A DNA stretch of 64,000 bases, taken from positions 58,280,001 to 58,344,000 of the forward strand of contig OZ241827.1 in NCBI GenBank assembly GCA_965202585.1, written 5' to 3'. The notes under the pieces were generated by a model that was not told the DNA's origin, did no database searches, and was given only the letters and a program-made list of their open reading frames with translations. Below are positions 62,077-64,000 of the stretch, one piece after another. How positions within the stretch are numbered: the first letter of the stretch is position 1; each line of letters begins with the position of its first letter. Source of the stretch: Thalia democratica (taxonomy: Eukaryota). The position numbers and the translations under genes were made by a program.

Positions 62077-63784
62077 CAGACTTGTATTTCGGTTGCCTAA
62101 GTGAAGTTTAAAATATAATTATCTTTAATTTTTTTTCGAATAAAAATTGTGCAATAAGCTGTTATTAATTTTTGAATTCTAGTATGTATCTTAATAAATT
62201 GTACCATGGTGAGCAATCTTTAACACAAAAAAAAGTTTTTCACATGAAACTAAAAAGCTTAAAAACAAATAGTCCTACTTTATAAAACTTAAGAATGCAG
62301 GTAAATAAGTTATTGATGCTAATATAAACCTACTCCTAAAGAGTAACCATTTAGTTCAAAGTACTACTTGATAAAATAAATTTATTTAAAAGTTGACTCT
62401 TTCTGCCCAGACTGAACCTAATCTTACTTCGTTAAAGGTTATATACAAATGTAGTAAAATATAACACTTATCATCATTGATAAATTAAAGTTTGCATTTT
62501 GTCAACTCTGAAAACAGATTTGGTAGTTTATATAAAAAAACAGCAATGAATATATATTATAACTTTTTTGTCTAAAATTAAATACTTTTTTATAAATTAT
62601 TTTGCTGGAATAAGAAATACTGTAACATTGATTAGGGAGTTTACCAATCAAATGGTATGACTATTAAATAGCCTTCAGTGAGAAAAACTTATGAAACTTA
62701 CTATATACCTGCAACTAAGTAAAATTAAAAGAAAATAAAAACACCATTACAAAGTACACAGTAAATAAAAAATATTTTTGTTTACAACCTTCAAATTAAA
62801 TACCACGTTTTTCAAAAGGATTTTGTAACATAACATTTTAACTACTAACTTAAACAGTTTAGTCTTACCATAGATACACTTTTAGTATTTTCTTAATACT
62901 TTTCATAAATGACAAAACTAAACAGCTTATTTTATTTATGTAGACGAGTTTACTCAGAGTATAATATTTTACACTTACTGCGCTTAAAATACTTTTGTTG
63001 TACTTGTAGAGCTTAAAAAAGTATACATTTAATTATTTTTTGCGTTTGTACTTTGTCCAGTCTTTTTTTAAAGCGTTCAATTTGAAAACTTTACAAAATG
63101 TATCTACAGTTTAAAATGTATTATACAGTGTTATACAAAATAAGTATCGGTTATAAATTGTAAATGTTTTTATAAAAATCAGGAAACTGTTACTTTTGTA
63201 TTTGATTCTAAAACACCATTACAATTGAATATGTTGACTAAAGTACTCGATCCTTTAACAAAACATTTTTTAAATTAAGCACTTTAGATTTTTTACATCA
63301 TACGTCCACATATTATTTTGTTTATTAAAAACACCGTAAGTTATATAAATATCGCCACAATATTTACTAAATCATATTCGTATACATTCTAGCTGTATCA
63401 ATTTATAACGTAAAAAGTAACATTTAATTTGAACAGTATACAAATCTAATAAATTAAACGATTTAGTTTTACCAAGTAAAAACAAATGTATAAAACAAAA
63501 AATATTTAAGTGCTTTAAAAGTGTTTAAGTTTTAAATAACTATTTTTTATCAAATTTCCTACAGTTTATAGATAAGTAAAACTAATTCAACAATCTTTAA
63601 AGCATTACTATCACAAAATTCCTGGAAAATTAGTTTTAAATTTGGGAGTTTATTACTTGCAACTCTCTTATTAAAAATGTAATAAAAATTTTACAACTAC
63701 CTTTTTTTACTATATTTATTCTAAACAGTTAGTATCAAAGAAACATTTAAATAAACAAATGATATGCAATAAAAACGGTTCACT

Positions 63785-63931
63785 ATCATCTCTAACTCGA
63801 TCATTTCTAATCCGATCAATTCTAACTCGATCACTTCTTACCCGATCACTTCTAACCCGATCATTTCTAACTCGATCACTTCTAATACGATCACTTATAA
63901 CCCGATCACTTATAACCCGATCATTTCTAAC
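63785..63931. repeat. 15-bp tandem array (ATCACTTCTAACCCG), about 10 copies
   Basis: Nine full degenerate units and one partial unit are directly visible. Confidence 0.9.
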
Positions 63932-64000
63932 AATTTATAGTTCAACAAAAGTTCATGATTTATATTTTGATATTTATAGTTGTAAATATCAGGTTTTTAT

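Noticed and set aside
52054-63931. CRISPR-like interpretation of the short repeat arrays
   Set aside because: Eukaryotic context, contiguous units without unique spacers, and no cas genes.
1-64000. tRNA, rRNA or snRNA genes
   Set aside because: I recognised no such structure by eye. An Infernal/tRNAscan run would be needed to exclude small intronic RNAs.

Overview
AT-rich, intron-dense animal DNA with GC-richer exons. It looks like an invertebrate, possibly a tunicate, but the taxon cannot be fixed from sequence alone. I reconstructed the exons by hand using GT-AG sites and phase continuity. Left to right: (1) the last five exons of a zona pellucida (ZP) domain gene with no apparent membrane anchor (60-1965, +); (2) an apparently intronless, divergent fibrinogen-related (FReD) gene (3810-4967, -); (3) a giant mucin-like type I membrane gene (9322-48261, +; 77 exons summing to 13,026 nt, about 4,340 aa). 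Its domain order is signal peptide, EGF, 43-aa Pro/acidic repeats, a tandemly amplified 3-exon EGF cassette, NIDO-AMOP-VWD, cadherin-like, EGF, FN3 x3, (EEPVVTTTT) x about 44, SEA, EGF, and then a choice of transmembrane/tail cassettes (TM-A, TM-B1, and a duplicate TM-B2 11 kb downstream); (4) a 6.9-kb hAT element with an 8-bp TSD, whose empty site is visible in the duplicate, carrying a 3.55-kb Mutator/Foldback-like element with a 9-bp TSD, a pogo-like MITE and a Buster-type transposase relic; (5) a second pogo-like MITE; (6) an H3.3-derived histone variant with a replaced N-terminal tail (61536-61973, -); (7) a 15-bp tandem array at the right edge. The most notable features are the alternative and duplicated membrane-anchor cassettes of the mucin, its two proline- or threonine-rich repeat types, and the H3 variant.
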